DNA of 64,000 nt from an uncultured Bacilli bacterium. GTDB lineage: Bacteria; Bacillota_I; Bacilli_A; RF39; UBA660. Of this stretch, positions 37,768 through 48,177 are shown in pieces. The stretch is taken from NCBI GenBank assembly GCA_947626095.1, contig CANQQV010000004.1, positions 1 to 64,000 of the forward strand, read 5' to 3'. Each line of letters starts with the position of its first letter. Position 1 is the stretch's first letter. The position numbers and the translations under genes are program-made. The notes under the pieces were generated by a model. It worked only from the letters and a program-made list of their open reading frames with translations. It was not told where the DNA came from and did no database searches.

Positions 37768-38730
37768 TTATCTTGCTTTTATCATTTCATAAATTTTTTC
37801 CGTATTTTTAAAATTCAATTTAGCTATTTCATTTAAAATCTCTTTACCATATTTTTTAACTAATGTCGTTCCAACTTCATCGACAATTGGTGCCGCTCCT
37901 AAAGGTATTTCTATATTAAAGCGTTCACTTAACTTTTTCATTTCTTTTAAAAAGATATAACGACTAATAATAGAAGAAGCTGCTACCGCCATACATTGAT
38001 CTTCAGCTTTTGTCATAAAAGTAATATTAGTTACTTTTTGTGGTATTCCATTTAAATGCGCATAATAACTTTGTGGACTTTCAAATTGATCGACAACAAT
38101 CTTTTCACAACTAGGTTCTTTTTGGGTCATTGAAAGTAAACATTTATTATGTAATATCGCTTTAATCTTATTCATATTTGCTTGACTACTTTGTAACTCA
38201 TTATATTCTTTATTAGTTAATATAATTGTTGTATGCGGTATTTTCTTAATTAATTCTGGGGCAATTTTAATAATCTTTTCATCAGTTACTTTCTTAGAAT
38301 CTCTAACTCCTAATTCTTGCATATAGGCAATATTATCTTTTGATACATATGAAGCTGTAACAACAAGTGGTCCAAAATAATCGCCCGTGCCAACCTCATC
38401 AGAGCCAATACTAGATACCGTAATAAAAACTTTCTTTTCTTCCTTTTTATTACTATCTTTTTCTTTACCATCAGCATCGATTATTCGCTTATTTAATATA
38501 CGTTCTTGTTCTGTCCAGTAACTAGCTTCAATATCCGCTCCAATACCTTGAAACATAACTTTTCCTGATTCATATAAAGTAGTAACACAATCGATATCTC
38601 TTACTTGAAATATTGCATATGGTGGCGTCTTCTCGCATTTCATATCTTCATAATATTTAATCATCATATCTTTAACATTGTCACTTACTTTAAAGACAAT
38701 AGTTACTTGTTTTGGTTTATCAAACTTCAT
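37768..38730 (-). CDS. rnhC: Ribonuclease HIII
   Basis: TBP-like LYESGKVMFQG, IGSDEVGTGDYFGP, RDSKK, VDQF, AKLNFKNT. Confidence 0.95.
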   Translation of the reverse strand: MKFDKPKQVTIVFKVSDNVKDMMIKYYEDMKCEKTPPYAIFQVRDIDCVTTLYESGKVMFQGIGADIEASYWTEQERILNKRIIDADGKEKDSNKKEEKKVFITVSSIGSDEVGTGDYFGPLVVTASYVSKDNIAYMQELGVRDSKKVTDEKIIKIAPELIKKIPHTTIILTNKEYNELQSSQANMNKIKAILHNKCLLSMTQKEPSCEKIVVDQFESPQSYYAHLNGIPQKVTNITFMTKAEDQCMAVAASSIISRYIFLKEMKKLSERFNIEIPLGAAPIVDEVGTTLVKKYGKEILNEIAKLNFKNTEKIYEMIKAR

Positions 38731-38815
38731 AAGGACACCTCATAGATATCTTAACATATTTTACTTTTAAATTCATTAATAATATAATATAATAAAAATA
38801 GAGAAGGTCGATAAA

Positions 38816-39544
38816 ATGTTAAGTTTAGTTTTTAATAATGTAGGTAGTGCAATCGTAAATGTCATCTTATTAGTTCTATTAGCTGCCGGTATTTATTCAG
38901 GGTATAAAAAAGGATTCTTAGAAAGTAGTGTTAGATTTATTGGTATTGATATTGCCATAATTGGTGCATACATGTTTAAAAATCCTATATCTGTTTTCTT
39001 ATATACCCATTTGCCTTTTTTTGAAATGAATGGTGTCTTTAAAGGTATATCTATTTTAAATGTTATAGTTTATGAATTAATTGCTTTTATTTTACTATTT
39101 GTTCTTATCATGCTTGTTATTAAAATAGTTTGCAAACTAACCGGCTTAGTTGATCGTTTATTATCCTTTATTTTATTATTTGGTTTACCAAATAAAATAC
39201 TAGGTGCCATCGTTGGATTTGTAGAAACAATAATTATTTTGTTCTTCGTTTCTTTTGGCGTTAAATTTGCCTGTAACTTTAATAACATCAACTTACCTGA
39301 ATCTCTAATGGATGATATCGTTAATATGCCAGTTTTAAAAAATACCTTTGGTGATACTCTAAGTTCATTAGATGAGATAACTTCTTTAGCTAAAAAATAC
39401 GAAGATCAACAAGATAAAGATGAATTTAGTCGTGAAGCTGTCGATATTCTATTAAAATATGACATTATAACTGAAGAAAATTTACAAATACTAATAGATA
39501 GTGGTAAAATAACAATTCCAAAAGAGGAGAATGCAAATGCTTAA
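38816..39544 (+). CDS. cvpA: CvpA family membrane protein
   Basis: GYKKGF, NKILGAIVG; divergent from rnhC. Confidence 0.8.
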   Translation: MLSLVFNNVGSAIVNVILLVLLAAGIYSGYKKGFLESSVRFIGIDIAIIGAYMFKNPISVFLYTHLPFFEMNGVFKGISILNVIVYELIAFILLFVLIMLVIKIVCKLTGLVDRLLSFILLFGLPNKILGAIVGFVETIIILFFVSFGVKFACNFNNINLPESLMDDIVNMPVLKNTFGDTLSSLDEITSLAKKYEDQQDKDEFSREAVDILLKYDIITEENLQILIDSGKITIPKEENANA

Positions 39545-39836
39545 AAAATTAACTGCTAAAGATAACTATGACGAGATAATTAAAGAAGGTTCATGGTTAG
39601 TTGACTTCAGTGCTTCCTGGTGTGGACCATGTCGTATGTTAGAACCAGTATTAGAAGAATTTAGTAAGGAAAATAATGTATTACAAGTTGACATTGACGA
39701 GTTCGAAGATTTAACAATGAGTTTTGGTATTATGAGTGTTCCAACGCTATTTGCTTACAAAAATGGTGAACTTATAAATAAAAGTATTGGTTTAGTTGAC
39801 ATAGATACAATAAAAAATATGTATAAAAAAAGTTAG
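39537..39836 (+). CDS. trxA: Thioredoxin
   Basis: VDFSASWCGPCRM, IMSVPTL; RBS GAGGAG. Confidence 0.95.
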   Translation: MLKKLTAKDNYDEIIKEGSWLVDFSASWCGPCRMLEPVLEEFSKENNVLQVDIDEFEDLTMSFGIMSVPTLFAYKNGELINKSIGLVDIDTIKNMYKKS

Positions 39837-39842
39837 GAAATC

Positions 39843-42509
39843 CTAACTTTTATTTTGGTCACTACGTGGAATAAAGTATAATTTAACACCTTGTTCATCA
39901 GTTTTTCTTTGATTAAGATATTTAGAAGCTTCAACCATTGATGTTCTAACATCATTAGCAAAGTAAGTATTTACTGTATGATCTAGGCGATAAATAATCA
40001 CCCAATCATCACCTAAAACAATACTTTCAATATCATTAGTATTATTAATTAAATGATACTTTTTCTTATTATCTTCAATCCTATCTTGTTTATCATTAAA
40101 ACAAGCTAAAGCTCTAATACGATTAATTCTTGCTAAAATATCATCTGTTATTTCATCACGCATATAAACTTGTGGTGCTAATCTTGGACGACGATAAGTT
40201 TCAGGTTGATCTTTGATTTCAATATCTCTTGGACTTAATAAACCACGAAAGTCACGTGATGCAATAAGCAAAGCAGGGTAGTGATCACCAAAATCGGTTG
40301 TAAAGCTATGATTAGGATTATTAGGAACTTCTAATAATAATTGCTCAGGTTCCTTATCATACATATGAACAAAATCTTGCCATTCTTGGGAATACACATT
40401 TACTGGTTCATTAAATAATACTGGATTTAATCTTTCAAATCGTTCTTCAAAGTAGGCGTTTTCTAAAATACCAGCTCTATTACATACAACATAATCAATT
40501 GGGCATTCGTCATCTTTTGTCATATTAATCATCTTTTGCGCCATTAACTTAACTAATTCAACTATTTTAATTAGTTCTTTTAATTCTTCTTGATTTTCTG
40601 GAACAACCTTATTATTTTTCAATCTAATCCCATTAATCATGAAGACATTATTTTTTCTAAAGCAAGATGCACGTCCGATTAATTCGTCTTTTTCATTCGT
40701 TATCTTAATAATATAACCATCTTTATGAATTAAACTATAAAAGAAGAAATCATTTTCATTTACACCGACAAAGAAACATGTCTTTGTATCTACGCCACTT
40801 GTAAAAACCGCTGGATCATTATTAGCATATCTCGATAAAGTATATTCGCCTAATTTAATACTACAATCAAAAGGTAAACTACTATATTTATAACGTTCAC
40901 TACGAACAGCTAAATCAGTAACTTTATTCAATCTTTTTTTAATAACTTCATCAGTTACTGTAACACCTGAAAATTGATTATAATTGATTATTTTTGATAC
41001 ATTATCAATACCTATTAAACCAATTAAAACTTCATCAGCATAACTATATAAATTAGCTCTTTTTATTATTTCATTTAAATTTTCTGATGTTAATCGTTCA
41101 ATATTAGCTATTTTAGCAATATATTCAAAATTATTAATAATTGCTGCCATATCTCTTAATTCTAAATTATCCGCTAAATAAGCCCATAATAAACCTTTAT
41201 TAATTAATAATTCTTTTAATACTTTAAAGTCTTCATCACTTAAATCAAGTATTTTACGAACATTTAATTTACTTAATAATTTAACAATCTTATCACAATT
41301 AAACCAAGGTGTCATATCAATTGTATAATTTTGTTCTTGACTAAAATAGTATTCAGAAGAATTTGAAGCTACTAACTGAAAGTTTTTATTTTGATGAGCA
41401 TATTCTTTTTGAATAATATTATGAACTCCTTTAATATAAGCTAAAAATTTTAAATAACTTTGACATTGTCTACATTCATCTCTCGTTAATACTTTAGGTA
41501 TATTAAAAACAAACTTACCATCTTTTAAACTAATAGAGCAGTCATCACACTTACTCATTACGGCACTAATTTCTTCACTTAATAATAAATCTCCAGCTCT
41601 AACAATTGCTTTTAATTGATTAAATTCTGGTGTATTCTCATTACCATTAGTTCTTTTTATCTTTGTACGATAAATAATTATTTTTAAAAGAGCTTCTTTT
41701 TCTTCTAAAGAGCAATCTTTCATTTGATTATTTAACTTACGTTCATAATTATTTTTTAATCGATTACCATTTCTATTTGAAGTAAAAAGTGAAAAACTAG
41801 CTGGCTCATTAAATTTAAGATTTAAAATAGATTGTATCTGTTCACTATAATCAGGTTGAAAAGAAGCAACTATTAATCTTACTATCATACTATTATCAAT
41901 TCTAATTCCTAATTTCTTTTGCACATAAGATCTAATTAATTCGGTACTTAATTCACTACCAGTAATTTGTTTAATAAATTCTGCAACTGGTAATTTAGCT
42001 TTTTCTTTTTTATTAAATTCAACGTGTTGTAAAAGAAGTTTTTGTCTTTCTTCAATAATTCTTTTTAAATAAGCTTCTTTATATTTCGAAGTAAATTTAC
42101 GAATAATTTCTTTAAATTCAGCTTGCGATTTCATACGCCTTTCGCGTTCTATTATACTTTCCTGTTTAGGTTCTCTAATATCTTTAATTAACATTTTAAT
42201 TTCAGAAACTTTCATTCCCATTGTTTCTGCTATTAAATTAATTTCACGATCATATCTTTTTAATGTTGATATTAACCCATTATATCTAATTTCTTCAACT
42301 AAAATTCCGAAAAAACCATGAGGAATAATTTCATTACTTTCATTTACTTGATCATATTTACGATTAGCATAGTTTTCTGCTGTTACATTAAATACTTCGA
42401 TTGTTGGAATAGGTAAAGTCTGAAATAATTCAATTAAACGTTCGTTACCTTTTAAGTATGGTCTTATATTATCTAATTCGCCCTGAATTTCCCTAGTAAT
42501 CTCACTCAT
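39843..42509 (-). CDS. Large hypothetical protein (888 aa), possible PcfJ/GNAT-like C-terminal domain
   Basis: Open 888-codon ORF with RBS AAGGGGG; NDPAVFTSGVDTKTCF...LIGRASCFRKNNVFMINGIR. Confidence 0.65.
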   Translation of the reverse strand: MSEITREIQGELDNIRPYLKGNERLIELFQTLPIPTIEVFNVTAENYANRKYDQVNESNEIIPHGFFGILVEEIRYNGLISTLKRYDREINLIAETMGMKVSEIKMLIKDIREPKQESIIERERRMKSQAEFKEIIRKFTSKYKEAYLKRIIEERQKLLLQHVEFNKKEKAKLPVAEFIKQITGSELSTELIRSYVQKKLGIRIDNSMIVRLIVASFQPDYSEQIQSILNLKFNEPASFSLFTSNRNGNRLKNNYERKLNNQMKDCSLEEKEALLKIIIYRTKIKRTNGNENTPEFNQLKAIVRAGDLLLSEEISAVMSKCDDCSISLKDGKFVFNIPKVLTRDECRQCQSYLKFLAYIKGVHNIIQKEYAHQNKNFQLVASNSSEYYFSQEQNYTIDMTPWFNCDKIVKLLSKLNVRKILDLSDEDFKVLKELLINKGLLWAYLADNLELRDMAAIINNFEYIAKIANIERLTSENLNEIIKRANLYSYADEVLIGLIGIDNVSKIINYNQFSGVTVTDEVIKKRLNKVTDLAVRSERYKYSSLPFDCSIKLGEYTLSRYANNDPAVFTSGVDTKTCFFVGVNENDFFFYSLIHKDGYIIKITNEKDELIGRASCFRKNNVFMINGIRLKNNKVVPENQEELKELIKIVELVKLMAQKMINMTKDDECPIDYVVCNRAGILENAYFEERFERLNPVLFNEPVNVYSQEWQDFVHMYDKEPEQLLLEVPNNPNHSFTTDFGDHYPALLIASRDFRGLLSPRDIEIKDQPETYRRPRLAPQVYMRDEITDDILARINRIRALACFNDKQDRIEDNKKKYHLINNTNDIESIVLGDDWVIIYRLDHTVNTYFANDVRTSMVEASKYLNQRKTDEQGVKLYFIPRSDQNKS

Positions 42510-42596
42510 TATAATCCCCCTTAATCATTAAAATTGTACCATGTTGCTTAAAAAACCGTCAAATTTTACTAATAAATACTATTATAAGTAAAAAAA

Positions 42597-42947
42597 TTAA
42601 TTACTTATTGCTTTATTAGCCGCCTCGACATAAGCTCTAAGTAAATTACCAGCTCCTAATTTAATTCCCCCAAAATATCTAACTACAACAACTAAACAAT
42701 TATCTAAATTTTTACGTTCAATTAGATTATATATTGGTAAACCAGCTGTATTAGAAGGTTCTTTATCATCACTTTTCTTTGCCATACTACCAATTTTATA
42801 AGCATAGGGCATATGACGGGCCTTTTTATGTTCTTTTTTTAAATTTTCTAAAATAGCATTGACTTCATCTATACTATTAACTTCATAATATAAACCAATA
42901 AACTTTGATTTTTTAATTTCTACTAAAGATTCATTAATTAACTTCAT
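42597..42947 (-). CDS. YigZ/IMPACT family protein (N-terminal domain only)
   Basis: IKKSKFIG, ARHMPYAY, DDKEPSNTAG, RYFGGIKLGAG. Confidence 0.9.
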   Translation of the reverse strand: MKLINESLVEIKKSKFIGLYYEVNSIDEVNAILENLKKEHKKARHMPYAYKIGSMAKKSDDKEPSNTAGLPIYNLIERKNLDNCLVVVVRYFGGIKLGAGNLLRAYVEAANKAISN

Positions 42948-43042
42948 AATTTCACCTAATAGCTATTATACCACTTATATTTTTCTAAAAAATAAATAAA
43001 AGCATGATATAATAAAAAAGAAATTAATTAAGGAGAAGTAAA

Positions 43043-43603
43043 ATGAAAAAACTAATCATAAGTATTATATTATTATCAATTATATTACTACCATTAACAA
43101 CAAATGCTCTTGCTACTAATGCGGATGACTATGAACCCCTAGAAATTTTTGTCTTTACTAAAGATAAATGTTCTTCATGTGATGAAGTAAAAACTTATTT
43201 AGATGATTTAAGTAAAGGTAAAATCAATTTAAAAATCACGTATTTAAATAATAAAGAGAATAAAGAAACACTAAATAAATTACAAGACGAACTCTCTATT
43301 AAAAAGATTAAATATCCATTAATAGTAGTTGGTTCTAATTACTTAATTGGTTATGATGAAGAAAAAATTAATGAGACTATTACTGAATATCAAGAGCATC
43401 CTAATTATTGTAATTTAGTAACTAAAATTCAAAATAATGAAGATTTGTCATCATGTCTTAATAGTAATAAAGATATTATAAAACAAGTAGAATATAATGA
43501 AAAAGATTTCCCATGGTTTATTGTTGGTGTAGTAGTTGGTTTTCTAGTAGTAGTAACTATCATCAATGTTATTCGCCGTAAACCTAAAAAAGTAATTGTA
43601 TAA
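43043..43603 (+). CDS. Exported glutaredoxin/thioredoxin-like protein with C-terminal TM anchor
   Basis: Signal peptide, CSSC, YPLIVVG..LIGY, C-terminal TM then basic tail. Confidence 0.7.
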   Translation: MKKLIISIILLSIILLPLTTNALATNADDYEPLEIFVFTKDKCSSCDEVKTYLDDLSKGKINLKITYLNNKENKETLNKLQDELSIKKIKYPLIVVGSNYLIGYDEEKINETITEYQEHPNYCNLVTKIQNNEDLSSCLNSNKDIIKQVEYNEKDFPWFIVGVVVGFLVVVTIINVIRRKPKKVIV

Positions 43604-44084
43604 ATATTTATATAAATCACCAATTGGTGATTTAATCTTTATAAGTGATGGTACATATCTTACCAAAATTATTTTAAAAAACGAATTAACAAATGATAAC
43701 TACCAAAACAACAGTAATTTAAAAATCTTTAAACTATGTCAAAAGTATTTTGATAAATACTTTAACAACCAAATACCTAATATTAAAATTCCCATTAAAT
43801 TAGAAGGTACTAAATTTCAAAAAGCCATCTGGACTATTTTAGAAGGAATTCCATATGGCCAGAGTACAACATACAAAGACATAGCTAATTTATATCTTCA
43901 AAAATATCACTTACCAAATATTTCTTATCAAGCTATTGGTCACGCCATAAGTAATAATCCTATTTTAATCTACCTTCCATGTCATCGCATTTTAGGTCAA
44001 AAGAACAAATTAACTGGTTTTAGAGTAGGTATAGAAATTAAAAAGCAATTATTAGATATTGAACATATCAAGTACCAAGAATAG
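43596..44084 (+). CDS. ogt: Methylated-DNA-protein-cysteine methyltransferase
   Basis: SPIG, GTKFQ..W, IPYG, NP...LPCHRI. Confidence 0.93.
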   Translation: MYKYLYKSPIGDLIFISDGTYLTKIILKNELTNDNYQNNSNLKIFKLCQKYFDKYFNNQIPNIKIPIKLEGTKFQKAIWTILEGIPYGQSTTYKDIANLYLQKYHLPNISYQAIGHAISNNPILIYLPCHRILGQKNKLTGFRVGIEIKKQLLDIEHIKYQE

Positions 44085-44092
44085 ATGTGTTT

Positions 44093-44147
44093 TTGACAAT
44101 TAATCCCCCTTAAGTTACAATAATTAACTTAAAGAAAAGGGGGATTA
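44093..44147 (+). promoter_or_regulatory. Sigma-A promoter embedded in nested inverted repeats that also cover the RBS
   Basis: TTGACA-17-TACAAT; TAATCCCCCTT/AAGGGGGATTA and TTAAGTTA/TAACTTAA. Confidence 0.6.
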
Positions 44148-44150
44148 TTT

Positions 44151-44627
44151 ATGTTTGCTGAAAAAGAAATAGTTGGCGAAGGTTTACTTAAAGTCAGCAA
44201 AGGAAGACAAATTATTTTACCAGATTATACCTTTGCAACCCCTGGCGATAAAGTAGGCTTATTCTATGGTATATCAAAAGAAAAAATCCCCGAAATTAAA
44301 GATCATCTTCAACGTATTAAAATAACTATTATGCGTTTAACCGAGTTTGAAGAACGTCTAATTAATTTTCATACTAAGTTAATAGAGCAAAAACAAAGTG
44401 GAGAGATTAGTTATCGTAAATATCTAGAATTACAACGTATCTTTTTTGGTATGTTAGCTATTTCCCGTGAAGAAGTATCTAAACTAGGTAAAATAACAAT
44501 TGAACCAGTACCTATTAAAAATTTAAATATTTCTGATTCCGTTTATGCTGTTGGTAACGGCTACCACCTAGATCTATATCCCTCAAAAGAAATATACATT
44601 AAAGCTAAATCTTTAAAAGTAAACTAA
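44151..44627 (+). CDS. Divergent MraZ-like (duplicated AbrB/SpoVT fold) protein
   Basis: KVSKGRQIILP and EVSKLGKITI...VYAVGNGYHLDLY parallel MraZ D.KGR..IP and D.QGRI.IP...VG....EIW. Confidence 0.55.
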   Translation: MFAEKEIVGEGLLKVSKGRQIILPDYTFATPGDKVGLFYGISKEKIPEIKDHLQRIKITIMRLTEFEERLINFHTKLIEQKQSGEISYRKYLELQRIFFGMLAISREEVSKLGKITIEPVPIKNLNISDSVYAVGNGYHLDLYPSKEIYIKAKSLKVN

Positions 44628-44700
44628 AAGTTGAGATTAAAAATGCATAAAATCTCCTTTTTTTATGGTAAAATAAATAAGAAAAGAGAGTAGATGAATT

Positions 44701-45909
44701 ATGAAAAAATATCTCATATATCTGTTAATTTTATTACTACCTATATCTATAAAAGCCTTAGAATTTCCTGAAATTAATTCTAAAAAAGCCATTATCTATG
44801 ATTTAACAACTAATGAAGTTATTTATGAAAAAAATAGTGAAGATGTAACTAGTATTGCTTCTTTAACTAAGATAATGACAACCATCAACGCTATTGAAAA
44901 TATTACCAACTTAGATGAAGAAGTAACTATTACGGAAGATATCTTAAATCAAGTAAGATGGGATGCCTCTGTTGCCGGCTTAAAAAAAGGTGATGTTGTC
45001 ACTTATCGTGATTTACTATATGCTTCCATCCTTCCATCTGGAGCTGATGCTACAATTGCCTTAGCCGTTTCAACAAGTGGTTCCGTCAATAACTTTGTAA
45101 AAAAAATGAATGCTAAAGCGGAAGAACTAGGTTTAGCTGATACTCATTACATCAATGTTACTGGTCTAGATGCTACTGGTCATAAAAGTAGTGCTAAGGA
45201 TGTTTTAAATTTATTACTATATTGTTTTAAAAATCCTTTATTTAAAGAAATATATACAACTAAACAATATACCTTATCTAATAATCTAGCTGTCTATTCA
45301 ACCTTACGAACTTATAGTACTAATGGCTTAGATACATCAAGAATACTAGGTAGTAAGACCGGTTTTACTAACGAAGCTGGTGTCTGTATAAGCGCTTTAT
45401 TTACTTCTTTAGATCATGACTACTTAATGGTCTTACTAAATGCCGAAAGAATCGGTAATAAAGCTTATAATGTAATTGATGCTCTAGAATTAATTGATTT
45501 TATTGATGATAATTACAAAAATATAACTTTAATTAAAAAGAATGATGTTATAAAAACTATCAACGTTAAATATAGTGATAACGATACATACGATATTAAA
45601 GCTTTAAAAGATATAACTTTATATTTACCATCTGACTATGATAAAAGTCTTATCAAGATAGAATATGATGGCCTAGATACTATATCATATCAGAATAAAA
45701 AAGATGAACTACTAGGAACAGTAAAATATTATTATGATAATAAATTACTTAGTGAAGAAAAAGTTTATTTACAATCTAAAATTAACTTTAATTTATTAAC
45801 TTTCATTAAAGCTAATCTTGCTATGATAGTGACAACTATCTTAATAGTAATTATAATATTAGTAGGCTTTAAAAAAATATTTACTAAGAAAAAATTAGGA
45901 AGTAATTAA
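44701..45909 (+). CDS. D-Ala-D-Ala carboxypeptidase (S11)
   Basis: IASLTKIMT, SGAD, NVTGL, SKTGFT, C-terminal TM. Confidence 0.92.
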   Translation: MKKYLIYLLILLLPISIKALEFPEINSKKAIIYDLTTNEVIYEKNSEDVTSIASLTKIMTTINAIENITNLDEEVTITEDILNQVRWDASVAGLKKGDVVTYRDLLYASILPSGADATIALAVSTSGSVNNFVKKMNAKAEELGLADTHYINVTGLDATGHKSSAKDVLNLLLYCFKNPLFKEIYTTKQYTLSNNLAVYSTLRTYSTNGLDTSRILGSKTGFTNEAGVCISALFTSLDHDYLMVLLNAERIGNKAYNVIDALELIDFIDDNYKNITLIKKNDVIKTINVKYSDNDTYDIKALKDITLYLPSDYDKSLIKIEYDGLDTISYQNKKDELLGTVKYYYDNKLLSEEKVYLQSKINFNLLTFIKANLAMIVTTILIVIIILVGFKKIFTKKKLGSN

Positions 45910-45910
45910 T

Positions 45911-47025
45911 ATGGAATTTATTTTAACAAACAAACATCGTAAGTATTTAGGCTTATCATTAATAAATGATAATTACAATCAAGTTACATTAACTGATAAC
46001 CATCAAACAATGTACTTATATTTTGCTAATAATATTATCCAAAAAGTTATCATAATCGATAGCCATAGTTATTATGAGTATGATACTAACTATGAAATAA
46101 GTAACGATCATACCTTAGTCTTACCCCAAAAATTTAAATTAACTTGTTCTTCTGTTACCAAACTAAAAGGTAAGGGTATGTACTTCTTTTGTCAGTATAA
46201 AACTAACGAAGACGATTCATCGCATCTTATGATAGGCAATTATAATAACGAACAATCATATTATGATAGTTTTAATGATAATATCAAAAATAGTAGCGAA
46301 TTAAATAGTTGGTGTGATAAATGGGTATTAGAAAGTACTGAAGAAGATTTAAATAATATCAAAGAATTTACTAAAGCTCCTAAAAAGCATCTAAAATACC
46401 AAGAAGGCGATTACTTTGTCTTTAAACTGAATCGCCATGAATATGGCTTTGGTAAAATTCTTCTGGATATTAATCGTTTACGAAGGGAATATCAAAATAA
46501 TCTGCCGGCAGAATTACCAGGTTTAGCTCTTGCCGGTAAACCACTACTAGTCTCTGTATTTAAAGTAATTAAAGATACCCCAATTGCTACTATCACTGAA
46601 TTAGAAGCCCAAGGATCTTTACCATCGGAATACATTTTTGATGATAAAATATATTATGGCGAATGGCCGATTATCGCTCACCAAGAACTAAAAAAAGACG
46701 AATCGATTATCCAATCACGTGCGCCAAATGTGTAGTTCACGATAAACAAAAATTAACAATTTATCTTCAACGAGGTTTTTCCGTTAAAACTAAGAGTTTC
46801 ATGATAAAAGATATTGAAAATAACAATTTAACGGAAAATGATAAAAAGATATTATCAGCTATGGGCTTCGGCCCAAGTCTTGGTTTTTATTTAAATATCC
46901 AACGCTTTTATAAAGAAATAAAAAAGTGTATTGCGCACCATCAAGAATATTACCAAAAAGATGATTTACGAAGCCCTTTAAATTCTCAGTTAAAGGAATT
47001 TATATATAAATATTTTAATGAATAA
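45911..47025 (+). pseudogene. Imm26-family immunity protein, frameshifted near 46701
   Basis: EGDYFVFKL..EYGFGKIL, GKPLLV, IYYGEWPII. Adding one A to GACGAATCGAT restores ..KKDEIDYPI and joins the two ORFs. Confidence 0.65.
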
Positions 47026-47045
47026 AGAAAGGATATGATAAAAAA

Positions 47046-47264
47046 ATGTTCAGTAAAAAAATCAAAAAGGAAATCAAAATTGAGGGTATGCACTGTGATC
47101 ACTGTGTCAAAAAAGTAACCGAAGCTTTAGAAAGTATTGAAGGGGTATCTAAAGTTAAAGTTAATTTAGCTAAGAAAGAAGCAGTTATAACTTCCGCTAA
47201 AGAAATTGATGACCAAATAATCAATTCTAAAATTGATGAATTAGGTTTTAAAGTAGTAAGCTAG
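47046..47264 (+). CDS. Heavy-metal-associated (CopZ-like) chaperone
   Basis: IEGMHCDHCV..V..AL..IEGV. Confidence 0.9.
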   Translation: MFSKKIKKEIKIEGMHCDHCVKKVTEALESIEGVSKVKVNLAKKEAVITSAKEIDDQIINSKIDELGFKVVS

Positions 47265-47317
47265 TTTGCAAATTATTTAATAATAAATTATAATAGTTAA
47301 AGAGGTAGGTGTAAAAA

Positions 47318-48079
47318 ATGAATTATAATGAATATAATAATCAAAGTAATAAGAAAGGTAGTAATATTGGTATTCTAATATGTCTTGTCATAATTATCGC
47401 TTTATGTGGTTATATAGCTTATGATAAGGGCTTATTTGGTTCTTCTAATAATGAAACTAATACAGTAAATAAAAATGAGTTATCTAACGAAAAAGAAGGT
47501 AAGGAAGAACAATCAACTGAAGAACCTTCTAAAGAAGTTGAAGAATCATCTAAAGAAAGTTATCGTCCATCATTTGATTTAAGTAAATGTCTTACTTGTG
47601 ATAGCAATTATAATTATCATTTAGCTTCTAATTCTGGTGATTTAGCTCATGTTCAACTAGATGATAACGATCATAAAAAAGTTACAGTTACTATTTACTA
47701 TGATGCTATAAAAAATACCGGTAACGAAGTAAAAACAACTGGTTCCAAAGAATATACAATAACCTTTACTAAAAACGTCACAGATATCGTATATAGTAAT
47801 TATGGCTTAGATATTACTTTTGGTACTATTTTATACTTATTAGAAGATGGTACTGTTGAATATACTCCAGTATTAGACGCCGCTATGAAAGGCCAAATAA
47901 AATCATATGGTCAAGTTTCTGGTTTAACAAATATTGTTAAATTCTATCTTAATGCTTCTGCTACCAGTAAAGGTGAAGTAGGTGCTTTTGATACTACATT
48001 AGCTCAAAGTAGCGATGGAACATTATATGATGTCATGACCACCTTAACTAAAACCAATAACTATTCATATAGTGGCTAA
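47318..48079 (+). CDS. Hypothetical membrane-anchored protein
   Basis: N-terminal TM, E/K/S-rich linker, LYLLEDGTVEY. Confidence 0.75.
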   Translation: MNYNEYNNQSNKKGSNIGILICLVIIIALCGYIAYDKGLFGSSNNETNTVNKNELSNEKEGKEEQSTEEPSKEVEESSKESYRPSFDLSKCLTCDSNYNYHLASNSGDLAHVQLDDNDHKKVTVTIYYDAIKNTGNEVKTTGSKEYTITFTKNVTDIVYSNYGLDITFGTILYLLEDGTVEYTPVLDAAMKGQIKSYGQVSGLTNIVKFYLNASATSKGEVGAFDTTLAQSSDGTLYDVMTTLTKTNNYSYSG

Positions 48080-48177
48080 AAACTTAAGTAAGGAACTTCC
48101 TTACTTTTTATTTGTCTTAAAATATAATTAATAATAAAAAAAAGAATATTATGATATAATTAACTAGGTGATAAAAA

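Noticed and set aside
46663-47025. Independent 120-aa gene
   Set aside because: It has no RBS and is best explained as the frameshifted C-terminus of the Imm26-type gene.
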